The position numbers and the translations under genes were made by a program. The notes under the pieces are model-generated. The model saw only the letters and a program-made list of their open reading frames with translations. It did no database searches and was not told the DNA's origin. From contig JAYEFV010000147.1 of assembly GCA_034658755.1 (NCBI GenBank), positions 1 to 44,115 of the forward strand: a stretch of 44,115 nt of DNA, read 5' to 3'. This document shows, piece after piece, positions 1 to 8,852 of the stretch; within the stretch, counting starts at the first letter, position 1; each line of letters opens with the position of its first letter. Origin of the DNA: Thermodesulfobacteriota bacterium (GTDB lineage Bacteria; Desulfobacterota; Desulfobacteria; Desulfobacterales; UBA11574).

Positions 1-125
1 GACGGTTTCGTAAAAAGTTCAAATTCAAGGCGTGCAAATTTTGTAATCATGAGGCGTACTTTTCGTACGTTGAATGATTACGAAATGCAGCACAACGCAG
101 AAGTTGGACTTTTTACGAAACCGTC
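1..125. repeat. MITE/REP-like palindromic element, family A (termini GACGGTnTCGTAAAAAGT / ACTTTTTACGAnACCGTC); may extend left of the window
   Basis: 18-nt terminal inverted repeat at 1-18 and 108-125. The whole unit is close to the reverse complement of 27121-27270. ORFs 49-264 and 74-412 inside it are artefacts. Confidence 0.75.
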
Positions 126-630
126 AATTTTCATGGATATGTTTAACAAGATGGCCCAGTTCGGGAAAAATAAGGGCCTTGCAAACCAATTTACAGGCTT
201 TAAGGCTTCCCGGCATGCAAAACACAATGGTTGCTCCAATTACGCCGGCAGTGGCACGGGATAAAAGAGCGGCAGAATCTATCTGTTCAAAACTAAGCTG
301 GGCAAAAAGGGGTCCAAATGCCGTGAGTTCCTTTTTAAAGAATGGACGGACCGCTTCAATGGTAACATCTTTGTTGCTAATGCCGGTGCCGCCGGTTACC
401 AGGATGACCTGAGCACCATAATCGCTTATGGTTTCATGAACCGTTTTGGTTATTGTTCCGGTTTCGTCCGGAACAACCCCATGAAATACAAGATTGTGAC
501 CTTCCTTCTTAACCCGTTTGCTGATCCACTGGCCGCTTTTATCCTCTTTCATTGAACGTGTGCTTGATACGGTAATAATACCCACATTAACCTTCTTCGG
601 AGCGTCTGCCTTGTGTTTCTTTAAACCCAT
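124..630 (-). CDS. moaB: Molybdenum cofactor biosynthesis protein MoaB/MogA family
   Basis: 168-aa ORF with the MoaB/MogA-type signature GAQVILVTGGTGIS. It sits in a Moco gene context. Its TGA stop (124-126) lies inside the family-A repeat terminus. Confidence 0.8.
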   Translation of the reverse strand: MGLKKHKADAPKKVNVGIITVSSTRSMKEDKSGQWISKRVKKEGHNLVFHGVVPDETGTITKTVHETISDYGAQVILVTGGTGISNKDVTIEAVRPFFKKELTAFGPLFAQLSFEQIDSAALLSRATAGVIGATIVFCMPGSLKACKLVCKALIFPELGHLVKHIHEN

Positions 631-698
631 CTTATCTCCATACCGGCATTTTCAAAACCCGTTTTTGATGAACTCTTTAAGAGTCTTGTACGAAACCA

Positions 699-1235
699 TC
701 ATTTTTCCTCGATTACAACCTTATCCTCGCCGTCATGTTCTTTTAATAATACATTTACGGTCTCGGAACGCCTTGTTTCAACAAATTCCCCGACATAATT
801 AGCCTGGATTGGAAGCTCCCTGTGACCCCGATCCACCAGAACGACAAGTTCTATACGACCCGGTCTTCCGAAATCTATCAATGCATCCATGGCGGCCCGT
901 GTTGTCCGCCCGGTAAACAGGACATCATCGACTAGAATAATTTGTTTCCCGTCAACCGAGAAGGATATATTCGTGGCTTTAACAACCGGATTGGGACTAA
1001 TCCGGGTCCAGTCATCCCGATACAGTGTAATGTCCATTTCACCTGTCTGTATTTCAATCTTTTCGATTTCATTAATGCTGGACTGGATACGTTTTGCCAG
1101 ATATACACCGCGGGTTTGAATTCCGATCAGGGTTAAGTTCTCCACACCCTTATGCTCTTCAAGAATCTCACGGGTAATTCTTTGCAGCTTACGATCTATG
1201 TCCGCTTCATCTAAAATGATATTAATTGCACCCAT
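699..1235 (-). CDS. pyrR: Bifunctional pyrimidine regulatory protein / uracil phosphoribosyltransferase PyrR
   Basis: 178-aa ORF with the PRPP-binding loop ILVDDVLFTGRTTRAA. Length and N-terminal region are typical of PyrR. Confidence 0.85.
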   Translation of the reverse strand: MGAINIILDEADIDRKLQRITREILEEHKGVENLTLIGIQTRGVYLAKRIQSSINEIEKIEIQTGEMDITLYRDDWTRISPNPVVKATNISFSVDGKQIILVDDVLFTGRTTRAAMDALIDFGRPGRIELVVLVDRGHRELPIQANYVGEFVETRRSETVNVLLKEHDGEDKVVIEEK

Positions 1236-1521
1236 TTCTTTTCTCCAATATCATAATTAACGTCTGGAAAAATCTACAATAACCCATTTCCCTCGATATT
1301 TTTATCCAATTTTTCCGAAAATCAGGTTTAAATTCCTATATCATGCACAAAGGTAAGATCAAGATTATTATGATATTTCTTTGCAATAGAAATCAAAATC
1401 TTATTGAAACGGCCTTGATTTTGCCCGATATTTTTCCTATTGTAACATAACAAGTACATGAATTTTTACATAAGACTCCGTATGATCATTATTTTATTAA
1501 TTCCGTATTCGCTTTTATAAA

Positions 1522-2133
1522 ATGAAACCTTCCGTTACCGGCGTCATATTGGCAGGTGGACAGAACACACGTTTTTCAGGAACAAACAAGGCGTTGATTC
1601 GTGTGGGTGACAAATGTATCCTTGACCGCATATATGACGTCTTTAGCGATCTTTTTGAGGAAATTATTCTGGTTACCAATGACCCGGTTCAATATCTTGA
1701 GTGGGATTTAAATATCGTGACAGACCTTTTCCCAATCCGAAGCTCGTTGACAGGGATACATACAGGCCTTTTTTATATGACGACCCCGTATGCGTTTTTC
1801 GCGGCTTGCGATATTCCTTTCCTTGAAAAGGGGTTGGTTGAAACTATCCTTAACCATATAGAACCCGGTGTTGACATTGTTATCCCTGAAACTTCAAAGG
1901 GCCTTGAACCGCTTTGTTCAGTATATTCAAAACATTGCCTTAAACCCATAGAACAGCAACTTGTTAAGCAAGAACTTAAAATCCGGCAAGTTTTTCAGAA
2001 GGTTCGCGTTAAAAAACTACCTGAAAATATTTTGCGTGAAAATGATCCGGATCTGGTCTCTTTTTATAATATCAATACCCATGATGATCTGGTCAGGGCT
2101 GAATATATTGCAACTTGTAAAACAGTGGAGTAG
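1522..2133 (+). CDS. mobA: Molybdenum cofactor guanylyltransferase MobA
   Basis: 203-aa ORF with the N-terminal nucleotide-binding loop GVILAGGQNTRF of MobA-like NTP transferases. It is followed 2 nt later by a moaE-like ORF. Confidence 0.8.
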   Translation: MKPSVTGVILAGGQNTRFSGTNKALIRVGDKCILDRIYDVFSDLFEEIILVTNDPVQYLEWDLNIVTDLFPIRSSLTGIHTGLFYMTTPYAFFAACDIPFLEKGLVETILNHIEPGVDIVIPETSKGLEPLCSVYSKHCLKPIEQQLVKQELKIRQVFQKVRVKKLPENILRENDPDLVSFYNINTHDDLVRAEYIATCKTVE

Positions 2134-2135
2134 CC

Positions 2136-2495
2136 ATGGATTTAACCCATATGATCGATACAATTAAAAATCACCCCGCGTATCACCGGGCAGGAATGAT
2201 CCTGTGCCATAACGGGGTGGTGCGCGACACATCACGAGACGGTCGGAAAGTATCGGGTCTGACCCTCTCGGTTGATCATGAAAAACTGTGCCAGGTGCTT
2301 GAAACGTATAAAAGAAAACCCGGGATAGTAGAAATACTCGTTGAAATAGCTGAAAACAGGAACCTGGCCGTGGGCGATGATGTCATGCTGCTGGTTGTTG
2401 CCGGAGACATCCGCGAAAATGTGATCACCGTGCTGAGTGATACACTGAATGCCATCAAAACAACGGTTACCCAAAAAACAGAGTTTTTTGAATAA
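2136..2495 (+). CDS. Short MoaE-like protein (molybdopterin synthase catalytic subunit family)
   Basis: 119-aa ORF. The pattern HNGVVRD...VEILVEIAENRNLAVGDDVMLLVVAGDIRENV resembles MoaE. The assignment is from recall and Moco context only. Confidence 0.55.
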   Translation: MDLTHMIDTIKNHPAYHRAGMILCHNGVVRDTSRDGRKVSGLTLSVDHEKLCQVLETYKRKPGIVEILVEIAENRNLAVGDDVMLLVVAGDIRENVITVLSDTLNAIKTTVTQKTEFFE

Positions 2496-2543
2496 TTCCA
2501 GAATAGTATTAGACTGGATTTACAGGATGGGCAGGATATAAAG

Positions 2544-2771
2544 TTGAGAAAAAACCCTAATAATCCCGTTCATAATGAGTTTGCAGCAGAAATTCTAATC
2601 CCTCGTGATCGAGATCCGGAAATTGCCTCATTTCGGGCAAAGGCAGATGTAATCCATCTGGCGGATGAGCTTAAGATTTCCCCGGGAATTGTCGCCGGGC
2701 GTTTCCAGCGTCTAACTAAAAAATGGAACTATTTCAACGGGTTTAAACGTAAGTTTCAGTGGATCGCATAA
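2544..2771 (+). pseudogene. C-terminal fragment of an ImmA/IrrE-family metallopeptidase
   Basis: The 75-aa ORF has only a TTG start. NEFAAEILIPRD...ISPGIVAGRFQRL matches the tail of ImmA/IrrE proteins, and the HExxH region is absent. Confidence 0.5.
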
Positions 2772-2952
2772 AAACGGTTGGATATTAAGACAATATAGTC
2801 AATTACATCCCGAAGGTTCCCGACTCTTTGATAGACTGCGACCGGAATGACAATTTTATTTGCCAAGTTAATAAAAAAGCGGTTACATTTACTACTGCCA
2901 TTTATACACCAATATTGATGTTGACATTAAATGCAATTTACCATAGAATTTT

Positions 2953-3075
2953 ATGAAGGGTCGTCGAATCGTCATTGTACATGGAATTCGGAACAAAGAT
3001 AAAAAAATTCCCTCGAGACACCGTAAAGTTGCCTTGGAGAGAAAACGTGAATGGCTGGAAAGAAATCAAGTATGA
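2953..3075 (+). pseudogene. C-terminal stub of a RelE/HigB (Gp49-like) toxin
   Basis: The 40-aa ORF MKGRRIVIVHGIRNKDKKIPSRHRKVALERKREWLERNQV matches only the last third of such toxins. An in-frame TAG at 2944-2946 blocks extension. Its TGA overlaps the XRE ATG (ATGA at 3072-3075). Confidence 0.4.
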
Positions 3076-3422
3076 AACGAAAGACCAATTTTGAACGATA
3101 CCTTGAAACGCAGATGAAAGAGGCGGATTTTGTGAAGCGTTACCAAGAGGCCGGTGAAGCCTGGGATGTGGCTTTGCAATTAGCTGCTCTGCGCAAAAAG
3201 GCAGGTTTATCTCAAAAAGAACTGGCCCGAAAGGTGGGAACATCTCAACAGCAGATCAGCCGCCTTGAATCACCATCCTACCAGGGCCATTCCCTGAGCA
3301 TGTTGCGCCGTGTCGCAGAAGTCCTCGGAGCAAAGATCCATGTCGAAATCCGACCAGAAAATCGTTCAAGACAGTCGGCAGTAGCTGAAAAAGAAGTAAC
3401 TTACAGAAACAACAGAAAATAA
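3072..3422 (+). CDS. XRE-family helix-turn-helix protein (HigA-like antitoxin)
   Basis: HTH segment LSQKELARKVGTSQQQISRLES. The ORF track starts at 3051, but ATG 3072 forms an ATGA overlap with the toxin stub. Confidence 0.75.
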   Translation: MKRKTNFERYLETQMKEADFVKRYQEAGEAWDVALQLAALRKKAGLSQKELARKVGTSQQQISRLESPSYQGHSLSMLRRVAEVLGAKIHVEIRPENRSRQSAVAEKEVTYRNNRK

Positions 3423-3761
3423 TGTAAAGAGGAGGGTCTGCTTTTGACTTTTGATATATATTTAAAGGAATCAAAAGCAGACTTGGCCGCTTAATGCCCC
3501 TTTAACTTGCTGAAACAAATTAGAAATTTGTAATTCTAGGGGCGGTTATCCTCGTTGATTATGACATCAACCGACAGATAGAGCTTAAAAGCTACGGCTG
3601 CCGCTTTTTGAGGCTGAATAAGTTCAACCTGCGGCCGGAGCTGGAAGGTGAGACAAAGACGGATGTTTTGGATAGATTTTTAAGAAAGGCGTTTGCAGTT
3701 GAATGACACTGATTGAAATCAATTCTCCAACAATTTGTTGGAGAAATTCCCTGGGAGTAAA

Positions 3762-4125
3762 ATGTTAAAAAGATCCCTGCCACCCAGAGCGAAGTGGTTA
3801 AAATCTATTATCGCTTTTGCGAATGGAGCTGGAGAGGAGTTAATTCTTGGGGTAGATGATAAAAGCAGAGATATAGTAGGAATAGAAAATCTTTTATGAT
3901 AAAAATGCGTTAGAATCAACTGACTGCGGCAGGAGGAAGGGGTTATCAAATGAATGATTCATTAGAAAAGGCAATAAACACTGAGCAGGTAATTTGCAGG
4001 ATTTCAGAGACATCTTCCCGGAGTTGAGACACATGGATATTTCAAATTTGTTAAGAGAACTCAAAGAAGAGGAAAAAATTATGCATGTGGGGTCAAAGAA
4101 GTTCGGACACCGGTGGTTTGTTTAA
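3762..4125 (+). pseudogene. Internally deleted AlbA_2 / ATP-binding protein remnant (paralogue of 23095-24495)
   Basis: 3762-3899 encodes ...LKSIIAFANGAGEELILGVDDKSRDIVGI, which parallels MVAFANASGGKIVIGVTDRGKIIGC of the intact gene and then hits a stop. A C-terminal-like piece ...LLRELKEEEKIMHVGSKKFGHRWFV ends at 4125. Confidence 0.5.
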
Positions 4126-4276
4126 ATTACATTTAAAAAGGGTTTTTTTTTAGATCGCAAAGATTGCAACTTCTTGAAATTCCATATTTAATTGCAATTT
4201 AAAATACATTGAAAAAGAAATTGGGGAAATCGGAGAACAGTATACATATTATCGCCTTTTTTTCTTCGGTAAATAG

Positions 4277-4398
4277 GTATACTGGCCATGGAGTTAGCTG
4301 GAATTATATTAAAGTGGCGCTTCGTTTGCTTACCGGTTCCTCATTGTGATCGTCAGACTTCTATACAATGGGTGCGATATGATAGAAAATAAATAAGG
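4277..4398. repeat. ~123-bp intergenic repeat, copy A (partner 8728-8852)
   Basis: Near-identical to 8728-8852, with only a few mismatches. Weaker similarity extends upstream to ~4141 and ~8631. It ends in the AAGGAG Shine-Dalgarno of the MNT gene. Confidence 0.85.
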
Positions 4399-4408
4399 AG
4401 ATAATGAG

Positions 4409-4756
4409 ATGAAGAGGCTTTCGGAATGGCGCTATGGAACACCGGATGAAAAGAAACTTTTGGCAAGATGCCGCGATATTGTGGTTGCGATAGAACCTGG
4501 CGCGGATGTCATTCTTTACGGTTCTCATGTGAGAGGAGATTCAAGGCCGGATTCCGATTACGACATTTTTGTTTTGGTGGATTGTTCGCTTACCAGGGAA
4601 ATGGAGGACCAGATTAGTTTTGCTCTTTATGATCTGGAGTATGAAGCCGATGTTATCTTAAGCGTGCACGTTTATGAAAAGAGTTTCTTTCAAAGCCCGT
4701 TAGGAAAGGCCATGCCATTATTCAACAATGTGAGAGCAGAAGGGGTTCTCATATGA
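4409..4756 (+). CDS. Nucleotidyltransferase-domain protein (MNT-type antitoxin)
   Basis: Pol-beta NTase motif LYGSHVRGDSRPDSDYDIFVL. It has an ATGA overlap with the downstream HEPN gene. Confidence 0.85.
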   Translation: MKRLSEWRYGTPDEKKLLARCRDIVVAIEPGADVILYGSHVRGDSRPDSDYDIFVLVDCSLTREMEDQISFALYDLEYEADVILSVHVYEKSFFQSPLGKAMPLFNNVRAEGVLI

Positions 4757-5157
4757 ACGATGCTGAGATAACCCTGATACGGTATCGTATAGATCGGTCT
4801 AAAGAGGCATTATCGGCTGCAAAATTACTTTATGAGCAAGGCCATTACAATGACGCGGTGAACCGGCTTTATTATTCTTGCTTCTATGCAGTAATAGCAC
4901 TATTGGCAACCGAAGGGATACATCCGCACAAACATACTGCTGCCCGGGCCTTTCTGAATAAAAACTGGATAAAGACCGGCAGACTTTCTAAAGAAACAGG
5001 GCGGACATACAATTCGCTTTTTGACAGGCGCGAAAAGGGGGACTACGGAGATTATTTTCGATTTAGCAGAGATGATGTTGAGGATGGGATAATAAGTGTC
5101 GCGAAAGCCATTGAAAAAATTTTTCAAGCAATAGAAAAACAACTGTCCGAATCCTGA
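4753..5157 (+). CDS. HEPN-domain protein (toxin partner of MNT)
   Basis: 134-aa all-helical ORF. ...A(x)KLLYEQGHYNDAVNRLYYSCFYAV... is typical of HEPN. It is translationally coupled to the NTase gene. Confidence 0.8.
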   Translation: MNDAEITLIRYRIDRSKEALSAAKLLYEQGHYNDAVNRLYYSCFYAVIALLATEGIHPHKHTAARAFLNKNWIKTGRLSKETGRTYNSLFDRREKGDYGDYFRFSRDDVEDGIISVAKAIEKIFQAIEKQLSES

Positions 5158-5324
5158 ATTAAATTGTCTTACATAAACAGGATTGTATATTATAAAAAGA
5201 AAGGCCCTGCTCATGCAGAGCCCATTCGCCTGCTCATATGGCGGAAGCTTTAGTCATTTATACTTGCTATCGGCAATTTTTTTGAAAAGCCAACTCTTTT
5301 TTATTTTTTTGAAAGGTTCCATAT

Positions 5325-5489
5325 ATGACAATCCCGGATATTATTGAGAATTTCGAGTATCAGCTTTTTGATGTGCTCAATGAGCTTCTGGAAACAAGGA
5401 AACCCGCTGATTTTGCCAGCGGGTTTTTTAATATTGGGGGTTTTGCCCTGATCTTCGAAATTGGGACTTTTTACGAGTTTGTCAAATAG
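5325..5489 (+). pseudogene. N-terminal stub of a PLD-like/helicase-associated defence protein, truncated by a family-A repeat end
   Basis: The 54-aa ORF MTIPDIIENFEYQLFDVLNELLETRKPADFASGFFNIGGF... resembles the N-termini of PLD-domain helicase-related proteins. It runs into GACTTTTTACGAG (5465-5477). Confidence 0.3.
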
Positions 5490-5525
5490 TGACGAATGCA
5501 AGAAACAGGCAAAGAAAAAAATGAT

Positions 5526-6223
5526 ATGCACATAAAGGATTGGCCTGAAGGGGATCGGCCCCGGGAAATTCTTTTGGAGAAAGGCCCGGAGGCTTTGAGT
5601 GATGCCGCGCTTCTTGCTATCCTGCTGAGAACAGGAAGGCAGTGGAAAAATGCCATAGCCCTTGCGAGAAAGATGATAAGCAGGTTTGGCGGGCTCAATG
5701 GGTTGATGATGGCAACACAGGATGACCTGTTGAGTGTCAAGGGGATCGGAAAGGCGAAGATGGCTCAGATACTTGCCGCTATGGAAATTGTAAAACGCCG
5801 GCTACGCCAGCCCCTTGAAAAGATTAACATTATCGAAAATCCCCGTGATCTTTTTGAATATCTAAAGGCATCCATGAGCAATCTTTCCCGTGAGGAATTC
5901 CGGCTTCTTCATCTAAACAGATCAAAACACCTGATTGCGGAAGAGGTTCTGTTCCGTGGAACGGTTGATGAATCAGCGGTTTATGCCCGGGAAGTTGTTG
6001 AATCCGCTTTAAGGAGAAGGGCCTCAGCCCTTATTTTTGTCCATAACCATCCCCCACCGGCCTCGCACAGTTCAGTCCGGAGGATATCGAATTGACGAAA
6101 GCGCTGATAGCCGCTTGCAGAGCCGTTGACATTCCAGTTCTGGATCATGTTATTGTGGGGAATGACGGTTTTTTGAGCATGAAGCAAGAACGACCGGAAA
6201 TTTTTGCAACAGGACAAATTTAG
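5526..6223 (+). pseudogene. radC: RadC-family (JAB/MPN) protein with a frameshift in a C5 run
   Basis: MHIKDWPEGDRPRE...VHNHP is in one frame. [39 protein letters not shown] continues in another frame to TAG 6221-6223. The shift is at the CCCCC run near 6050. Confidence 0.8.
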
Positions 6224-6242
6224 ACAGGATAACAGGATAGAC
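6222..6242. repeat. Left inverted repeat AGACAGGATAACAGGATAGAC bracketing the ORF6N gene
   Basis: Its reverse complement is found at 6877-6898 with one extra T. A related CAGGAT motif lies at 2515-2540. Confidence 0.8.
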
Positions 6243-6254
6243 AAGGTATTTATT

Positions 6255-6842
6255 ATGAATGAAAAAATGATCAAGATTTCTATTGAGCGGATTGAACAGG
6301 CTATTTTTTTAATACGAGGGCAAAAAGTTTTGCTGGATGCTGACCTCGCCCAGTTGTATGGAGTAGAGACAAAAATTCTGAACAAAGCTGTAAAGCGAAA
6401 TTTGGATAGATTTCCAGAGGATTTTATGTTCCAACTTACGGCTGAAGAAGCGAAAAATTTGAGGTTCCAAATTGGAACCTCAAAAAAGCAACGCGGTGGA
6501 CGCCGGTATTTGCCGTATGCCTTTACTGAACAGGGTGTCGCCATGCTTTCCGGCGTATTGAACAGTCCGAGGGCCGTTAAAGTGAATGTTGAAATCATGA
6601 GAGCCTTTGTGCGGCTTCGCCAGTTATTGGCCACCCACACCGATCTTGCACGCAAGATGACTGCCTTAGAGCAAAAATACGATGAGCAGTTCAAAGTTGT
6701 TTTTGACGCGATCCGTGCCTTAATGGCGCCGCCTGAGAAACCACGCAAGAAGATTGGATTTGAAGTAAAGGAGAAGCGTGCTGTCTATGGCCGTCGGGGC
6801 GAAAAACAAAAAAGAAAAACCTCAAAAACAAGCAATAAATGA
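6255..6842 (+). CDS. ORF6N-domain DNA-binding protein (KilA-N/Rha-like)
   Basis: [46 protein letters not shown]...[19 protein letters not shown] is the classic ORF6N signature. The start is set at the MNEKMIK methionine. Confidence 0.8.
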   Translation: MNEKMIKISIERIEQAIFLIRGQKVLLDADLAQLYGVETKILNKAVKRNLDRFPEDFMFQLTAEEAKNLRFQIGTSKKQRGGRRYLPYAFTEQGVAMLSGVLNSPRAVKVNVEIMRAFVRLRQLLATHTDLARKMTALEQKYDEQFKVVFDAIRALMAPPEKPRKKIGFEVKEKRAVYGRRGEKQKRKTSKTSNK

Positions 6843-6876
6843 TAAGTAGGATTTCTATATTATTTTGCTCTATCAA

Positions 6877-6898
6877 GTCTATCCTGTTAATCCTGTCT
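6877..6898. repeat. Right inverted repeat GTCTATCCTGTTAATCCTGTCT of the ORF6N cassette
   Basis: Reverse complement of 6222-6242 plus 1 nt. It ends 11 nt before the hsdM-fragment ATG. Confidence 0.8.
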
Positions 6899-6909
6899 GA
6901 AAAAAATTT

Positions 6910-7404
6910 ATGAAAAAACTGACACTCGCACAACTTGAACATCACTTATTTGCCGCGGCGGATATCCTGCGGGGAAAGATGGACGCATCGGAATTCAAGG
7001 AATACATTTTCGGCATGCTCTTTCTTAAACGGTGCGCGGATGTCTTTGATGAAGAATATGAAAGGATCATAAATTCAAACCTTGCCAGAGGCAGGACAGA
7101 AGGTCAGGCGATCAAACGGGCTGAAGATCCTGCAAGGTATGCGAAATCCTTTTTTGTCCCCAAAACAGCGCGCTGGGGAAAGATTAAACATGCGCACCGC
7201 AATATAGGCGATGAGCTGAATAAGGCATTGCTTGAACTAGAGTATTACAATCGAAGCCTTGAGGGTGTGCTCGGGCATATTGATTTTAACAGGAAAGCCG
7301 GGAAAACAAAAATTCCTGACCGGAAACTTCGCGATTTGATCGATCATTTCAATAAATATCGCCTGAGAAATGCAGATTTTGAGTTTCCTGATCTTATCGG
7401 TGAT
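6910..7404 (+). pseudogene. hsdM: N-terminal fragment of a type I RM methyltransferase HsdM
   Basis: [38 protein letters not shown] is the HsdM N-terminal domain. The frame runs to ...FPDLIGD and then switches to DUF1016 sequence. No AdoMet or NPPF motifs are present. Confidence 0.7.
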
Positions 7405-7860
7405 ATCCGCAGGCTCATTGAAACTGCCAGGCATAATGTTGCAGTTACGGTTAACGCCAGCTTGACCATTCTTTACTGGCAGATCGGCAGCCGTATCCGC
7501 CAAGATATTTTGAAGGAAAAGCGGGCGGACTACGGTGAGAAAATTATCTCGACACTGTCGATACAATTGGTCAAAGAATTTGGAAATGGTTTTTCCCGTC
7601 CCAATCTTTTTCGAATGGTTCGCTTTGCTGAAGTTTTCCCTGAAGGGAAGATTGTCTCGACACTGTCGAGACAATTGAGTTGGAGCCATTTTGTCGCGAT
7701 CCTACTGTTAAAAGATGATCTTCAATGTGATTTCTACACTGAAATGTGTTGATACATGACCGAACTACCGAAACGCAAATTACTGGAACAAAAACTTTAT
7801 AAAGCAGTTGAAACAGTACGGAAGAGGCTGAAGGCGAAACCTATGCTTTTCATATCATAA
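7405..7860 (+). pseudogene. DUF1016/YhcG-family (PDDEXK nuclease) gene remnant fused in frame to the hsdM stub, with an internal deletion
   Basis: [31 protein letters not shown]...[13 protein letters not shown]...[21 protein letters not shown] is the DUF1016 N-terminal half. There is a stop at 7752, and only a tail ...LPKRKLLEQKLYKAVETVRKRL follows (7756-7860). The nuclease core is missing. Confidence 0.6.
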
Positions 7861-7918
7861 CGAAAATCTTGTATTTTTGAAGCTTTTTCGTTATCATAAT
7901 TCAAGGGAAATAATTAAA

Positions 7919-8050
7919 ATGGGTGAATATGAAAAACACATTCGCATGGCACGAGAAAAGCTGAAAGCTGTAAGAAATGCCTTTAAAAAGGGGCAACATA
8001 CTGTCGTTGGTGATCTTGCTACTAAGGTTGTTGAGCAGCTTGAGGAATAA
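7919..8050 (+). CDS. Small HEPN-like ORF (possibly a truncated remnant)
   Basis: The 43-aa ORF MGEYEKHIRMAREKLKAVRNAFKKGQHTVVGDLATKVVEQLEE resembles only the first helices of HEPN. It overlaps the annotated start of the next ORF. Confidence 0.3.
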   Translation: MGEYEKHIRMAREKLKAVRNAFKKGQHTVVGDLATKVVEQLEE

Positions 8051-8618
8051 AAGCATATACAAAAAGATTGTCAAGCGACTTTCAATTGTCGAGGATTTAA
8101 AAGCAATAATCCTTTACGGTAGTTTTGCAAGGGGAGACTATGGGCCAAGGTCTGATATTGATCTGATGCTAATTACCACTAAAAAAGAAACTATCGAGGA
8201 GTTACAAGACACAATTATTTCTCTTGAACTTGGACGGAGTATCCAGCCGGTTATCAGGACCGAAAAGGAGTTGGCAGAAACGGATACCGGCCTATTGCAA
8301 AACCTCTTTCTTGAGGGAAAGATACTTTTTCTGCGCGAGCCACTTGACATTGATATCTCTGCACTTCTCCATCTCAAGCCATTTCTTGTTTATACTTTTG
8401 ACCTTGGCAATCTTGATCAAAAAGCAAAGGCCAGGTTTAACAGGGCTTTTTACCCCAGAGTGCGTGAGAATTACAATTACCCTGGAGTTCTCACCGAACT
8501 AAATGGAAGAAAAGTTGCCAGTGGTTGTATCATGGTACCTTTTTCTAAAAAGAAACCCGTTGAGAAATTCTTCAAGTCGCAAAAAGTTAAATTCAATTCT
8601 TTGCGGATATGGAAATGA
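7977..8618 (+). CDS. Nucleotidyltransferase-domain protein
   Basis: Motif LYGSFARGDYGPRSDIDLMLI. The true start is probably downstream of 7977, for example TTG near 8039, because the first ~20 aa overlap the small HEPN-like ORF. Confidence 0.7.
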   Translation: MPLKRGNILSLVILLLRLLSSLRNKSIYKKIVKRLSIVEDLKAIILYGSFARGDYGPRSDIDLMLITTKKETIEELQDTIISLELGRSIQPVIRTEKELAETDTGLLQNLFLEGKILFLREPLDIDISALLHLKPFLVYTFDLGNLDQKAKARFNRAFYPRVRENYNYPGVLTELNGRKVASGCIMVPFSKKKPVEKFFKSQKVKFNSLRIWK

Positions 8619-8727
8619 TATTGGTGGAATGGATTTTTTTTCTTCGCAGGCCTGAAGCGAAGACAGCAACATTGCAGAGGTTGAAATGCCGGAGACAATA
8701 ACCTTCAGCCTTTTTCCTTCGGGAAAC

Positions 8728-8852
8728 GGGTATACTGTCCCTGGAGTTAGCTGGAATTATATTAAAGTGGCGTTTCGCTTGCTTACCGGTTCTTCATTGT
8801 GATCGTCAGACTTCTATACAATGGGTGCGATATGATAGAAAATAAATAAAGG
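8728..8852. repeat. ~123-bp intergenic repeat, copy B (partner 4277-4398)
   Basis: See copy A. Similarity stops at ~8852, exactly where copy A continues into the MNT ribosome-binding site. Confidence 0.85.

Noticed and set aside
49-412. ORFs 49-264 and 74-412
   Set aside because: They start inside the family-A palindromic repeat and overlap the 3-prime end of moaB on the opposite strand. They are artefacts of the repeat.
1236-1521. Possible Moco riboswitch or PyrR attenuator in the pyrR-mobA divergent intergenic region
   Set aside because: The region is AT-rich, and I could not identify the conserved Moco-motif stems or a PyrR binding loop plus terminator by eye. An Infernal scan would be needed before making any claim.
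5981-6748. 255-aa minus-strand ORF
   Set aside because: It is antisense to the well-supported radC and ORF6N genes. Its composition is Ser/Arg/Phe-rich and low in complexity, and it crosses the cassette inverted repeat. It is a shadow ORF.
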